A DNA stretch of 64,000 nt from Dipteris shenzhenensis (taxonomy: Eukaryota). The stretch lies in NCBI GenBank assembly GCA_047967505.1, contig CM106538.1. One strand, 5' to 3'. Under the pieces are notes generated by a model. That model saw nothing but the letters and a program-made list of their open reading frames with translations. It was not told the DNA's origin and made no database searches. A program made the translations under genes and the position numbers. Shown one piece after another: positions 11,787-25,275 of the stretch. How positions within the stretch are numbered: the stretch's first letter is position 1; the number at the start of each line of letters is the position of its first letter.

Positions 11787-12297
11787 AACAAATGACGATA
11801 AAAGAACATCTCAGACAAAACAGAAGCAACAACGTGGGGGACACATTGTGGCAAGCATGACTTGTGGCATCTGCTCAGCATTTGAAGTAATGCGAGTCTA
11901 CCGCAAGAAGGACGATTTATGGACTCCTGTACTGCATAGAAGCTAACAATAGGGTGGCGAACCACAAACCGGGTAAGAAGGCACTGATGGAAGCCTATGG
12001 TACGACCCAAGGTGAAGGGGATCTCCCAGCAGATCTTTACAGAGGCCAATGCATTCTTCATGCTTAATTCGATCAAAGCCCTGATGAGGGACAACTTACA
12101 GAGATCGGCTGAGATGTGATATTGGTCCATCTGAAAGAAACACCTGAATTGCAGTGTGAGGAATCGTCTACCCACCTGAATGCAAGGTCTCTCTGCTCAT
12201 GTGCTTATTCCAGTATGCCCGAGATTGAAATCCGGTAAGATTGGATGGGATGCTATCGGAATAGGGGCACATGGTTGCCCGACCTTATTCTTGGAGT

Positions 12298-12486
12298 TCC
12301 GGGCACTCAAGTCCGAGAAGCAACATTTCACATTTTATTGGATATCCATCTCCTACCGGACCTTGCCCGCGTGTGTAGTCCGATTGCTTTTCCAGGCACT
12401 CAAGTCCTAGAAGCAACATTTTGCGTTTTTATTGGATATCCATCTCGTGCCAGACCTTGCTTGCGTGTGTAGTCCGATTGCTTTCC
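12298..12486. repeat. Two-copy ~95 bp tandem repeat upstream of PPR gene
   Basis: GGCACTCAAGTCC-AGAAGCAACATTT...GTGTGTAGTCCGATTGCTTT occurs twice. Confidence 0.85.
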
Positions 12487-13514
12487 CTGAGGCATCCCAC
12501 TGCCTTACCTGCCTTTAACCCTGCAAAAAATGCTCCATGTGCCCAAGTTGAGTCCCCCAAAATTTACAACTTTAAATGAAAACGGCCAATGGGCATGCAA
12601 CTATTCACAATTTCACACAATAAACAAAGGGGGGTTCACATGCGGGCAGACGCCCATGCGAAAATTCTCTGTCCTCCAATAAAAAATCATGCTGTTGGTC
12701 CAAGGGTTTCACACATTTGGGCAATCACTCTCCAAAAAATTTGCATGTGAAAACCCGAGGGGCCTCCGTGCAACGCCCAAGAACGCATTGATAAGAGAAA
12801 CTGAGGGACTGTAAGGGACCACTATAACAACTCTTCAACTCACAAACATAATAAGCACATCACAGATGAAACCCATAACTCGTATATTTCATCAACCTCT
12901 CAACAGCTTGCAACATTCCACGCACTCTAGATTACGCTATGCTGGAAACATAATATTCGCAACCATGGTATATGAATCCCTCAAGTTGATTTCCCATAGA
13001 GACAAGCATACAAGAGGCTCAACGCTGATGCTAGGGAGTACATCTCCCACAGGTCCAATCTTTGCTGCAAAATAAGAGCAACCTTGTAACACAAAGTAGT
13101 CGCCTGTCGTTTTCTTTGTTTTCGACCCTCTTTTTAGCAAATTTAGGCACCAACTTCTTCAAGACAATTATAAAGCTCGATTTTAGCTTTGCAACAAACA
13201 AAAGAGCTTCATCCGAGCTACGGATCAAAAGTTATCGCAAAAATAGTGACTGCTGCTTTTTTCTGGGAGGTGCGACTGCTATTTTAATCTGCATGCTCTT
13301 TACCCACGCCTTCACTGGCTTATGTACCATTAGTTCCACCATCAACAATCACTTTTTACCTTCATGCCAATAAACTTCTAGTCCTAGCATGCAAACATGA
13401 CCTAACATGTACAATAGTATCAGGTCCGCCTAGTTCCTACCACTAGCAGTTCAAAATCGAGGTCCCCGAAATTTGCCTATCAGTGTCTGGAGTTCAACAT
13501 CCAATCGGCAACAA

Positions 13515-13585
13515 CCTACTAGGATTCGAACCCAAGCCCACCAGACACGCCTTGAGTACCTACCAATGGGCCAACTTGCTTTGGT
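13515..13585 (-). other. tRNA-like Pol III element (SINE head or tRNA pseudogene)
   Basis: Minus strand has A-box-like TGGCCCATTGG (13563-13573) and perfect B-box GGTTCGAATCC (13522-13532) at tRNA-like spacing; no convincing cloverleaf. Confidence 0.5.
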
Positions 13586-13789
13586 GACATAAATGTGTCA
13601 CATTTATGTTATCTTCAAAAACTCGTCCACCTATGTGTGGAAGGCTTGATGAGCAAACATCTTTAAACAAGGTGGACTCACCCATTCGTGGATGAGTGTG
13701 AAACCCCCCTTATATCCAACAAGCCTAAGTGGTTAAGGTAGTAATAGGATTTTATTTTTTTTTTGTAGAGCTAATTCATTGTTACAGAG

Positions 13790-15420
13790 AGTCTCCAATG
13801 ATTAGTGTGGTATAGATTAGCAATTTTATTACTTTTTTTCGTTTGTGCTTGGCATGTTTGTCCATGTATGGTCTAGCATTGATCCATGAATTGTTGTAGG
13901 CATTGTAATTAGTTGTTCTATTTTATGGTTTGACATAAATTGGTGGAGCATTGACCTCTCCAACTGAGCTTGGTCGAGTGACCATGCGTGGTTATGTAAT
14001 TTTTGCACGACTAAGGAGTCCACCTTTATGTGCATTTGCTCAATATTTGTGAGCACAAAAAGAGCAGAGGAATCACGTGCCCATAATAGTGATGTGTAAA
14101 CGAAGCCATGAGATCTAATGTTTACTAGATTAAAAGGTAGGGAATCCAATGAAAATGCCTTATGAGTGCTAAATGGTTCGGCCTACTACTAAATTATTGT
14201 CGAGACATATTCTTAAGGTGTTCCTTGCAAATTTGGAACTTGCGAGCGATATGAAGGATAGGAGTCCGTGCCAAAAGTGTGTTGCTCAGGAATTTGTTTT
14301 TTGATCATGTATGTGCTCGTGGCTTCTTGTTGTTAAACTCAACCCAGAGAACTAGTGGTTTGGTATCTGTTTGTAAGTCTTTGAAGATTGCATTTGCACC
14401 ATTGACAAGCCCATCACTACCTAAACAAATCTCCATAGTCATACCAAGTTTCAGCTGTAGCCTTGCATGCAACCACCAGTGTTTTTGGGGTCCATTGGCA
14501 TGGATTTTATTTTGTTGCAGATCTTATGCCTAGCTTCTTTCACTTCCAGCACATGTGGAGCATTGTCCAAGCACATTGAACACATCATCATCATGTTTAT
14601 CTTTGGCAGTGTTTGTGTAAAAAAGATGTGTATTGTGTGTTTTTGGGACGACTTGCAGATGTACATGACATTGCTTGTATGGAGGTCTACAAGCAAATGT
14701 TCACCTAATTGAATTCTATTAAGAATTTTGATGAAGAGCTTGTTTTCCTGGTGCATTGTTCTTTTCATCGCATAATAGAAAGATGGGGATCTTTAGAAAG
14801 AAGGCAAGATTGTGGAGGAAGCTGAGCGCTCTTGAGTCCTTTGCTGGGCTTGCTTGACAGAGATCACCACATAGAAGAACATCAATGCCCCCGAACAACT
14901 CTAATTGATTGTACATTATCTCATGCATGCACATGTCTATAGCAATGAATGTGTTAATTCCTATTAAGGAAACCTCGTCGAGCACGATCAACTCAAGCTG
15001 TTTATATTGCGTAGAAAGTGCCTAGAGCTTGTCTAGTGAAAGGCTTGTGTAGTTTGAGGTAATGAGGGACAAATCAAGACTTGAGTGAATTGTTGTTTCC
15101 CCTATGTTGTATGCTCCTTTTCCACTGTACGCTAACAATAAATCTCTAGGCAAATCCATGTCAGAAGTTTGCTTGTGTGAGTAGAGATGTAACAATGCTT
15201 GCACAAGGAGTAGCAACATAAAAAAATTTCTTGCCTTGGCATTTTTGGTTAGGAACAATTGAATGCAAAAATCTTGGAAGACTCATTTCTTCAGCATGAT
15301 GTCCTCAATGTTGATATGCTACAACTTTGTTGAGTTTTTGCAAGATGGCATAAAACATGTTGTTTGGCATGAGCTTGTATGTTTGTTGTTAAGGTTGGTG
15401 GATTTGTTTTGATTTCCCAT
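13790..15420 (-). mobile_element. Helitron/Helentron remnant, 3' part: PIF1 helicase plus AP-endonuclease-like tail
   Basis: PIF1 motifs LAYSGKGAYNIGETTIHSSL, IVLDEVSLIG, FGGIDVLLCGDLCQASP, MHQENKLFIKILNRIQLG, SDGLVNGA; downstream QLITMPTTIHGSMLDHTWTN. Confidence 0.8.
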
Positions 15421-15470
15421 GTGAATTCATTTCCCTGCCAAGGGCAAAAGCATCATCGTTGTGTACCAAT

Positions 15471-18400
15471 TGTTGTTTGCTTGTGAGAGATCTTAAAAAT
15501 GGAAGTGGAATGTACGAAGGTGAGAGAGAGAGAGAGGGAGAGCCAGAAGAGAGAGTCACACAAGTTGTGGTGGGTGCAAAACACCCTAATCTTCTATGTC
15601 ATCCATATATATATATGTATTTGAGTATTGTACATAACCAAGGTTAAGGTATAGTGGCCTTTAACCCCCACAACCTCCCACTTAAAGGCCCATGTACCTT
15701 TAAGGGAGAACAACCAATGAGCATACTATCCAAAGCCCATCAAAACATGACACATCAAAACATGACAATACTCAAACCGCTGACTAGGTAGACTCTTTGT
15801 CAGCATATCTACAGGGTTATCATCTATATGAACCTTGACAAGCTCTATGCGCTTGTCCTCAAGTACCTCCCTGATAAAATAGTACCTAACCTCAATGTGT
15901 TTGGTCTTTGCATGAAAGACCGGATTCCATGCTAGCTGAATAGCACTCATGGAATCACTATGCAATGTCGGTACACCTGTATGATCCCCAAATCTCTCAC
16001 TAGCCGATCAAGCCATATAGCCTCCTTGTAACCCTCTGTGGCTGCAACATACTCGGCCTCTGTGGTAGACAAAGCAACGCACTTTTGTGCATGAGACATC
16101 CACAACACTACACCACCTGCAAAGGTGAACACATAACCAGAAGTGGATCTCCTGCTATCCACATGCCCTGCATACTTTGTATTTGTGTACCCAAATACAT
16201 GCATCTCTCCTCTACCAAAGCCGATACACACCTCCTTGGTACCCTTCATGTACCTCATGATGCACTTAGCTACCTCCCAATGCCTCTTTCTTGGATTAGC
16301 CATATACCGGCTAACAACTCCCACTGCAAATGCAATGTCCAGTCTAGTAGCTATCATAGCATACATAAGACTCCCAACCGCTAATGCATAAGGAACCTTG
16401 GCCATCATGGCCCTCTCCTCATCTGATTTGGGACTATCTTCCTGACTCAGTTTCACATATGGAGGCAATGGAGTACTTACTGCCTTCCCCCCCTCCATAT
16501 TGAAATGCTGAAAAACTTTTGTAACATACTTCTTTTGTGAAAGCCAAAGGAGTTTCCTACTCCGATCACGTGTCTACAGTTCCCAAATCCTTCATGTCAA
16601 AGGCCTCATGCAACTTGGCCTTCAATGCATCAAGCTCATAAGTGTTCTTGCTAGAAAATAGCATATCATCCACATAAAGTGCTAGTAGTATCAGGCTACT
16701 ATCCTTAGCCCTTTTAGTATAGAGGCAGTGATCAATCTCACTTCTTCTGAAACCCTGGGATCAAATGAAAGCATCCATCTTGTGATATTATTCTCTAGGC
16801 TCTTGCTTAAGGCCATAGAGACTCTTTTTCAGCTTGTAAACCAAATGCTATTTGCCCTTTTCTTCAAAGCCTTCCCGCTGTACCATGTAAATTTCCTCAT
16901 GCAAACGCCCATGCAAGAAAGCTATCTTGACATCCATCTGCATAAGCTCCATATCCTCTATTGCCACAAGTCCAAGTTCACATCTAAGTGTGGTCATCTT
17001 CACACAACTAGAGACAATATCTCATCAAAGTCCACACCCTTCTCTTGCTTGAACCCTTTAGCAACCAAACGGGCCTTGTACTTAGGCACATCACCACCTG
17101 TGACCTTCATCTTATAGACCCATTTACATGGCAATGCATTCTTTCCATGTGGCAAAGAAACCAAGTCCCAAGTCTTATTCTTTATGAGTGAACTCATCTC
17201 TTATTGCATAGCATACTCCCACTTGCATTGATCCTTGCACATCATAGCCTCTCTATAGCAAGAAGGCTCCCTGCAATCAATAAGCATCACATCATCTACC
17301 CCTGGAACAAATCTCTCAGGCGGTCTAGACACTCTAGATGTTCTTCTCAAGGGCATTTCAGCTTACTGTCCCACTTGCATATCAGCCACATTTGGCTCAT
17401 CATTGCCACCAATAGATGATCCATCATCTGCCCTTGATTGTGTACCTGTGGGAGTACTTGGTGGCACCATATCCTACACATTCAGTGCATGGACAGCTTG
17501 TTGTCTATCAACATATGTGGGTGGATTCACATCCTGGAATGTGATTCTCCTCATTTCCACATCCCTCATGGGTGTCTTATGCATCTTCTTCTCATTGAAG
17601 ACCACATCATGGCTTCATATGATTTTCTTTGCTTCTAAATCCCAGAGATGATAGCCCATCTCTCCACTTTCACCATAACTCAGAAAGATGCATTTCCTAG
17701 ACTTAGGATCTAGCTTCTTCTGAAGCTCTTTTGGCACATGTGCATATGCCTCACACCCAAATATTCATAAATGAGAGTAAGAGGGCTTCTTGCCACTCCA
17801 TGCCTCTTCAGGAATACCACCATCCTAACTCTTGCTAGGTGATTTATTGATCAAATGCACTACAGTCTTCATTGCCTCATCCCAAGAACCACCAGAAAGA
17901 CTTGCATTGGAAAGCATACATTGCAACCTTTCCTAAATGGTGCGGTTCATCTGCTTTGCAACTGGATTCTGCTCTAGAGTACGAGGGGATGTGAGCTCCC
18001 TCTTGATCCCACGTGTATCACAGAAATGCTGAAAGTCATAAGAGATATATTCTCCACCATTATCAGTCCGTAGGCATTTAAGCATTCTACCTGACTGATT
18101 TTCAGCCAAAGCCAACTATTTTTGAAATACCTGGAACACATCGCTCTTCCGAGCTATAGCATAAGCCCATACTTTCCTAGTTGCATCATCAATGAATGTC
18201 ACATAGTATTCAGCCCCGCCTAATGACTGTGTAGGCATGGGATCACATACGTCTGAATGCACCAAATCAAGCTTTTCAAGCTCTTTTTTTCGCCTTCTTT
18301 TATGGGCTGATTTAGTCTGCTTCCCATAGAGGTAGTGCTCACAAAATTCAAAATTAAAAAAAATCAAATGCAGTACATAACCCAAATGGCATAAGAGTTT

Positions 18401-19109
18401 CATTCCATTCTGGCTCATGTGCCCCAACCTGCAATGCCACAAAGAAGTACTTGGCTGCTTGGTTATTGCAACAACATGATCCACCCATGATACATGTAAG
18501 GGATACAATGTCCCACACTTGGCACCTCTTGCCAAAACCATAGAGCCGTTTTGAAATTTCCAACTCTGAAAGCCAAACGTGGTCTGAAAACCAGCATCAT
18601 CTAGCTGACCCATTGAAATAAGACTCTTGGTCAGCTTAGGCACATGTCTCACATTTTTCAAAACAAATGCAGACCCATTTGCAAAAGAAAACTTTATGTC
18701 ACCTACTCCCACTATGTCACATGCATAGTTATTTCCAAGATGCACATAACCTGTCTTTGCATTGTCATAAGTGGAGAACCATTCCCTATGGGGAGTAACA
18801 TGGAATGAAGCACCCGAATCCAAAATCCAATCCTGGGAATATGCATGATCTGAAGTGGTAAGCAAGTCTGCAAGTAGACTAGACATGAAGAGAATGTCAT
18901 TGTCACTATCATCAATAACTGCATTAATCTCCTCGATCATCATCTTTCCTTTGTCCTCCCTTGGACTCTCTTCCTTCTTATTTGCACTCCAATTTGCATT
19001 CGTTTTCTTATTTTTTTGCTCCCTTTTTAGCTTGTAGCAATCATTTTTCATGTGGCCCTTCTTGCCATAGTAGTAACACTCAATCTTTCGTGCCCAGTAA
19101 CCCCCCACA
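15471..19109 (-). mobile_element. Degenerate Ty1/Copia element inserted in the Helitron
   Basis: Zinc knuckle, WILDSGASFH protease, GAG-pre-integrase, LRTDNGGEY integrase, RT (KNKTWDLV, YKARLVAKGF), RNase H (HAKTKHIEVRY). PPT at 15673-15686; 3' LTR starts TGTGGGGGTTA at 15672; only ~12 bp of the 5' LTR remains at 19098-19109. Left boundary approximate. Confidence 0.92.
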
Positions 19110-19990
19110 ACTCAAGGATGTGGATGCAATTGTGTTGATAAGGTTGGATAAGAAGAAATTTTGTTGAAGTGTTTGCAGTTGTTTTCTATCACATCTTTGT
19201 TGTGGTTGTATATGTCATGCCATGTGGAGAATTCAAGAGTAAATCAATGCTCTAATGTCTGAAAAGGAAAGTATAGCAAGCATAGCTCTCTGTAATGGTT
19301 TTCAACATCTTTTGTTTTTTTGAGTTATTGAACCATGTTATCTTTGCTCTTTTTCTTGTTTGCATTTTTTAGTTTGAGTCCGCATGTAGGCTGGCAAATG
19401 ACATGAGGCACATTTGACGATACTATCATTTGCATCTTTTGTATTTGCTAGTATAATTCATCAAAGAAAATAAATGTGCTTGAGGGGTCCATTTTTTCCA
19501 ATTGTGCATGTCATTTCAATAGCCAAGTCCATTCTTCGGTCGCGTTTCTATTGATATACAAAGATTCTCTAGCTATATTATGAGAGAAAGTAATAATTAT
19601 AGATAGACAACTTGGCATGCGCTTACATGTTTTATGTTCAAAATTGCATTATCAACTTTTCTTATCAGCTCATTGGTAGGTGCACCAGCTTGGAGGCTTT
19701 GTGTGAGCAAAAGCGACTCCATAACAGTTCAAAACCAATTGTATAGTAGTATTTGCAGCCCATAGTTTTCACAAATTTGGGTTGAAGTTATTTGTGAACA
19801 TGTCCTTGGGATGCCTTTTTCAAAATAGTGTTGGCTATGAGATTCTAATGGAAAGAGCCACTATGTGTTCTTGTTCTGATAGGCCTGATTTGCTAAAGAA
19901 ATGATCGACATTAAGTGAGAATGTTTTGTCTTGCAAGTTGTTTGAAATTGTCTCTGAGAGTTGTAGACATTGATGTCACCTCTAGAGGTA
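19110..19990 (-). mobile_element. Helitron remnant, 5' part (Rep C-terminal region)
   Basis: Degenerate PTLF*KRHPKDMFTNNFNPNL*KLWAANTTIQLVLN, IRKVDNAILNIKHVSACQVVYL and ENHYRELCLLYFPF, typical of the Rep-to-helicase interval; same strand as the helicase part. Confidence 0.75.
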
Positions 19991-21381
19991 GCAAGATTTG
20001 AGTCTTGCACATTCTACCTACAAACTGCTCCAACGCAACCCCCCAAGCCTACTCAAGCTCCCGTGTGTTCCGCCTTGCCTACGCCAAGGCTGAGAGCACA
20101 AAAGAGTGCCTAGAGGGGGCGCATTGTGCCCCCAACCCCTTCATCTTGTTCTCCTCCACCACATCCCACCGTACAAGTTGTGGTTGCCATACGATCGCCT
20201 GCTTCATCACTAGCAGCAAGGCTACTACTCCCACCATCATCACTAGGAGCAGCACAGTTGCTGCATTTAGGGTCCCTTCTTTAGCCCCCGTCCCTTCGAG
20301 GGTAGCACGCATTTCCACCGACCATTCAGCTCACCAGCCAACTCTCGTGACATTTCTTTGAACAGGAAGTTAACCCCTAGCCCCCGATGTGGGTCATCTA
20401 GTGCTCACTTTGATTCCCAGAAGCATCTTCATTGACCAAAAGAGGCACTAGGCACCTCGTGTAGGCAACTCATGGTTGTAGGGGCTAGCATTGTATGCCC
20501 AACCCTCAAGCCTTCTTTCATTAGTCTAGCAAGTCCCCTAAAGAAGAAGAAGAGTTGGACCTCTTTCTGAGTTCGTGGAAAGCTTCAAAGTTTCTTGGTG
20601 GCTTACTCTTCCTCGTGGCTTGCGTAGTTCACAATCCTCTCCAAGTTCACAAGAGCTTGCTTGTGGAAGAGTTCCATGGTGGTTTTACTTCATGTGGCTG
20701 GGAGAGTTTCTTGGTGGTCTTTACTCTTATTGGTGCCTTTTTGCTTCTTTCTTCTTCTCCTTCTTTTCCCGCCTTTTGCAGGTGGTGCAATGTATTGTAG
20801 TTTATTACTTATTGCTAGTGATGGAGATCCCGACTTCATACCCCATGCCCTTGGAATTGACCATTCTGATCCTAAAGCCCCGTAAAGGGGGCATCAATGT
20901 GGTAGGATCCTACACCCATGCAATTCGAATCCTCCATTCACCTCCACAGCGATGGAGAAGTGGACTTTGACGTGATGATGGAGCACCGAATATCCCAGAT
21001 GATGGATGAGTGGATGGGACCTCAGGGCATGGATCTCTATCTTACTCATGGTGGTTCTGCATACTTTCAGCTTGGCTTCTCCCCAACGAAGCCAGGGTCA
21101 GGCTTGGTAGTAGCAGTGATCCGCTTGCCACCAGAGATGGTCTTCTCATAGCTCCACTACTGGATGCTTCAGCAGTGCACCAACCTTTTTGGAGTACATA
21201 TCTCTTTCATGTAGTATTGGCCACGGAGGGTAGGGATTGAGCCAATGGTGACACCCATCGATGCACAGACACAAATTGCTCTCCCTCCAAATCCTTGGCA
21301 AAGTCACTGAAGTTTGGTTTCTTAAAGCAGGCTCTAATGCACAGTCGAGCCTTATTCACTACCGTCCCTTGAACCTTCTCC

Positions 21382-24300
21382 ATGAGTTGGATGATGGTGA
21401 GTTGGAATGTGCATGGGCTTCATGATCGTGCATGCAGCCAACCACAGCAGTACCTGATTCTTTGTCAGGAATTGCATTGGACTTTTGTAGGTAGACCAGT
21501 TGACTTTCTCTTGATCCAGGAGCACATGGTCTCTGCAACATACATCACACACCGTCGCCTTCTCTCTGGGAGGGGCCCAGAGGTTTGGTCCCCACCAGCA
21601 GTTGGTAGGAGTAGAGGGGTATGCATTTTGATATACCAGGCATTGGCCCCAGATATCTCTACACATGGTGCAAGCTCATTCCAAGCTGCATAATGTGGAT
21701 GGGCCTATAGGTGGGAGAGGCCTGTTGGATTAGTATCTTGACTGTGTACACACCCACTTACAGACAACATCGCCCAGCTTTCTGGTGGCAGCACACGGAT
21801 TGTCTCCAAGAGGTGGACACATGAGGGGACTTCAATAATTTAGAGTTCATGGAGGATAAGCAAGGAGGAGCCTCTTTTGTAGAGATGCCAGTCAGGGAGA
21901 GGAGTACCTAAGAGCAATTCATTTTTGCGATCAATAGTAGGGATCCCTAACGAAAGCCTAAGTTTACTAGGCTTCAGGTAGCCTAAATTTCTCTTTTGGC
22001 CAGTGGTGGCATGATGGGTTGCTAGAGTGCCTAGACAAATTTTATATCGATGATTGGTCTCTACTCCATGGTGGCTCCACTAGCATCCTAGCAGGTACCA
22101 TGATGTCGGACCACTCTCCTACGTTTCTTCAGTTGGAGTAGCATCGTCACTGACTTCCTCGAAAGGGGGTCTATATTTGATATGATCTCTTCCAAGAGAT
22201 GAATGTTCAATAGTTGATAGTAGAGCTCTGAAGATAGCCGAGAGCAGACCCTATGTGGGGTTGGCAACTTGGGTGGTTGAGAGGATTCAGCGAAGCAGTC
22301 AAGAGCTCTAGAGCCAAGCCCTTAGACGAAGAGTTTCTCTTTAGGAGTTGGAGAGAGGCCTTCATAGAGACCTTGCATCTATCGAGAGACTCAGGGAGCA
22401 AGATCCGGGGTCCCGATGGTTTAGGGACCTTGTGGAGTGTGCACATTTGGAGCTACATGATTTGGAGGTCTGCAACTCTTCTTGAGCTAGCAGGTGGGTC
22501 CAATAGGGAGAGAGAATGACCATACAATTCTTCCAAACCATAGGCCTGCAGGGATCCGGCTATAGCAGATTAGGGACTCTCAGGGGCATATGCACATAGA
22601 CCCTCAGGATATCCTCAAGATGACTACGACCTTCTATCGCCAGCTCTTTCAATTGGAGGAGGCTTTGCTTACCATGCTTCTAGCTAAAGAGGCATTTTTG
22701 GAGAGGTCCCCTCAGTGGTTTTGCATGGCCTTAGTAGATGGCTGGAGGCACCCTTCACTGATGAGGAGTTGTGGGAGGCCTTACAGGCCCTACCAGCCCA
22801 AAAGTTCCTAGGAGAGGATGGCCTCACCCCAACCTTTTTTTAATTCTTCTAGGAGTATATCTCCACTCCACTTAGATTAGCCTGCCATGAGATTTTCAAC
22901 TCCGAATCCCTATTGCATTCCTTGAGCAAAGGTTGAATTTTCATGATTTTGAAGGGGGGAGATAGATCATTTAGTCATCAGTGGAGGCTGATCATCCTTC
23001 TTAACATAGCTTACAAGATCTTGGCTAAGGTCTTCAATCTTTGTCTGAGACCCCACCTTCCATATATTATTCATGAGACACAGACTGGTTTTGTCCAGGA
23101 GCATAGCATCCTAGATAACATCTTCACTTTCTAGGAGGTAGTGGAGTGGGCTAGGGAGGAGGCATAGATACTTGCCATTCTTCTTCTCAATTGTGAGAAG
23201 GCATATGACAAGGTGGAGTGGTCCTTCTTGGAGGGGACTATATAGAGACTCAGCTTCTCAAAGAGATGGATTAGAGGAGTATCAGCTATCTATGCAAGTA
23301 GCTCCAACTAGGTGATTATTGGTGGCCACACATGCGAGACCTTCCCTCTTTCCCACTCAGTGATGCAAGGCTGCCCGTTGGCCCCTTATCTCTTCCTCTT
23401 TGTGGCAGAGGCCTTGGGATATTTTTTGTGTTCTTAGGTGCTTGGCCTCACAAGGATGCGGCTTCTGATCAAACAAGAGGAGGAGCTCCTAGACTCTTAG
23501 TTTGCAAATCATGCAGTGCTCTACGTGGATGGTTATGCAACCAACTTGGAGAGGGTTAGAGGGGCCCTGTCGATTTATTGTGAGGCTTCTAGAGCCTGCA
23601 TAAATTAGATGAAATTTGTCGGGTTCTTCACAAGCATGGAGGAGATCTAGAAGGTTCAAGATTGGGGATCTGATTTTGGATTTCAGTGGATCCCAAGAGG
23701 GGAGATGGCAAGATACTTGGGCTACCAGGTAGGCATTGACATCTCGACAGAGCAGCAATTCAGCACAATCTTAAAGAGTGTTAGGCGGAATCTCTTCTAT
23801 TGGAGCTCTGCCAAATTCTTGCTAACGGGCCAAGCACCAATGGTTAACCAAGTACTCCTAGCTACAACCTGGTACATTGCCTCGTGGTGTTGGTGTTTTC
23901 ACTTGGGCTGCATGGGGTAGCTCCGAGATTGGTGCAAAACTTCCGCTGGTCAAGATCGGATGACACGTGCAACACCAAAGCCAGGGTGGCCTGGCCTCGG
24001 CTGGTAGATAGTGATTTTGCCCCAGGCATAGGGTGGACTAGGCATTATTGATCCTTAGATGTAGAGTAGAGCCCTTTTGGGCAAGTTGGTAGTGAGAGGC
24101 CTCACTCTAGGAGCGAAACCCTGGAATCTCCTACTCCAGCAGAGCTTCTTGGGAACATTCCTTGCATAGGTCGGCACTAGCAATAGTCCTACAAGTGGAT
24201 CTTCTTTGAGGTTCCTTTGAAAGGGAAGGGTTCTACATTGATGAGGAGCCTTTGTAGAGTGTGGCAGATATTGGCGGAGGATTCATAAGGGCTAGACCAT

Positions 24301-25220
24301 CTTACAAAGAAGAGTTTGAGCGACAGACACTCATTTGGCACCCCAAGATCAAAGACTCAAAGGGACACATGCTTGGGCAACAGACTCACATTTGATGGGC
24401 ACAGTGGGACAGTGGGCCAACTAGATCCTTTGGGGCATGGAGGGAACTTTCTCGAGAGATAGAGGCTCACCAGGTAGGACCTCTCTCACCTCAATGGAGT
24501 AGGCACTAGGATTCTAGAGATCAAGGTGGCAATCCTGGACTCATGGTGGGAGGGATTGCGGAGGCCTTGGACCCCCCACTACTAGTCAAGATAGTTTTTG
24601 CACACATTAGTACTGTTTTGGATAAGCTTCTTTTGCGAGTCTCTCGGATCCTACCAGTCTTGCTTTTATAGTGTGGGACTAGGAGGATCGTTGCAGACAG
24701 AGTCAAAGCTAGAGGATGAGGCAAAGGTGGACCTGGAGGACCTATAGTGGTAGCGAGTCGACATAGTGGGCTGGCTAGGTAGAAATTAGTACATTGAGCC
24801 CCCCATAGTCTTATCAACCTCGGCGGAGGGAGTAGTATGGAATCTATGGATTTGGGAGGGCAGACCCTTATGTGAAGTTTAGTGGGATTCATGAGAGTGG
24901 TTCTAACCCGCCCCCATAGGGCATTCAGACTGGGTAGAGGAGGTCTCGTTCATTTCTTACACTACTCGCATTGGATGACGCATATAGCTCAAGGCAGTAG
25001 CATGATCCCCCTTAAGGGAAAGCCATTGGTTAGATCAAAATGTCAAGAGAGAGGTCATAGCCCCCATTTCTGGCCTCGAGCTTGTGCCCACACAAGATCT
25101 CCTACTTTTTATGGCTAATGGCTCACAGGGGTCTGCCCATTGGCCCCTAGCTAGAGCAGATGTGGGTAGATGGCAAATGCATTGGATGTGCAGATGGAGT
25201 TTTGGAGATGACCCCTCACA
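21382..25220 (+). mobile_element. Degenerate LINE (L1/Tx1-like) ORF2: AP endonuclease, RT, zf-RVT region
   Basis: MVSWNVHGL and FLLIQEH (EN), GDFNN, QWRLIILLNIAYKILAK, IIHETQTGFV, QGCPLAPYLF, RYLGYQVG. 20000-21380 may be ORF1 remnants. Confidence 0.85.
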
Positions 25221-25275
25221 GTAAGCGGCTAGCTCACCCTACTATACCTACGCGAGGTGATGCATAAACATCTCG

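Noticed and set aside
9727-11795. Many plus-strand ORFs
   Set aside because: Antisense shadows of the PPR coding sequence.
15466-19114. TSD for the Copia in the Helitron (and for Copia 40921)
   Set aside because: Flanks at inferred ends do not match; no TSD claimed.
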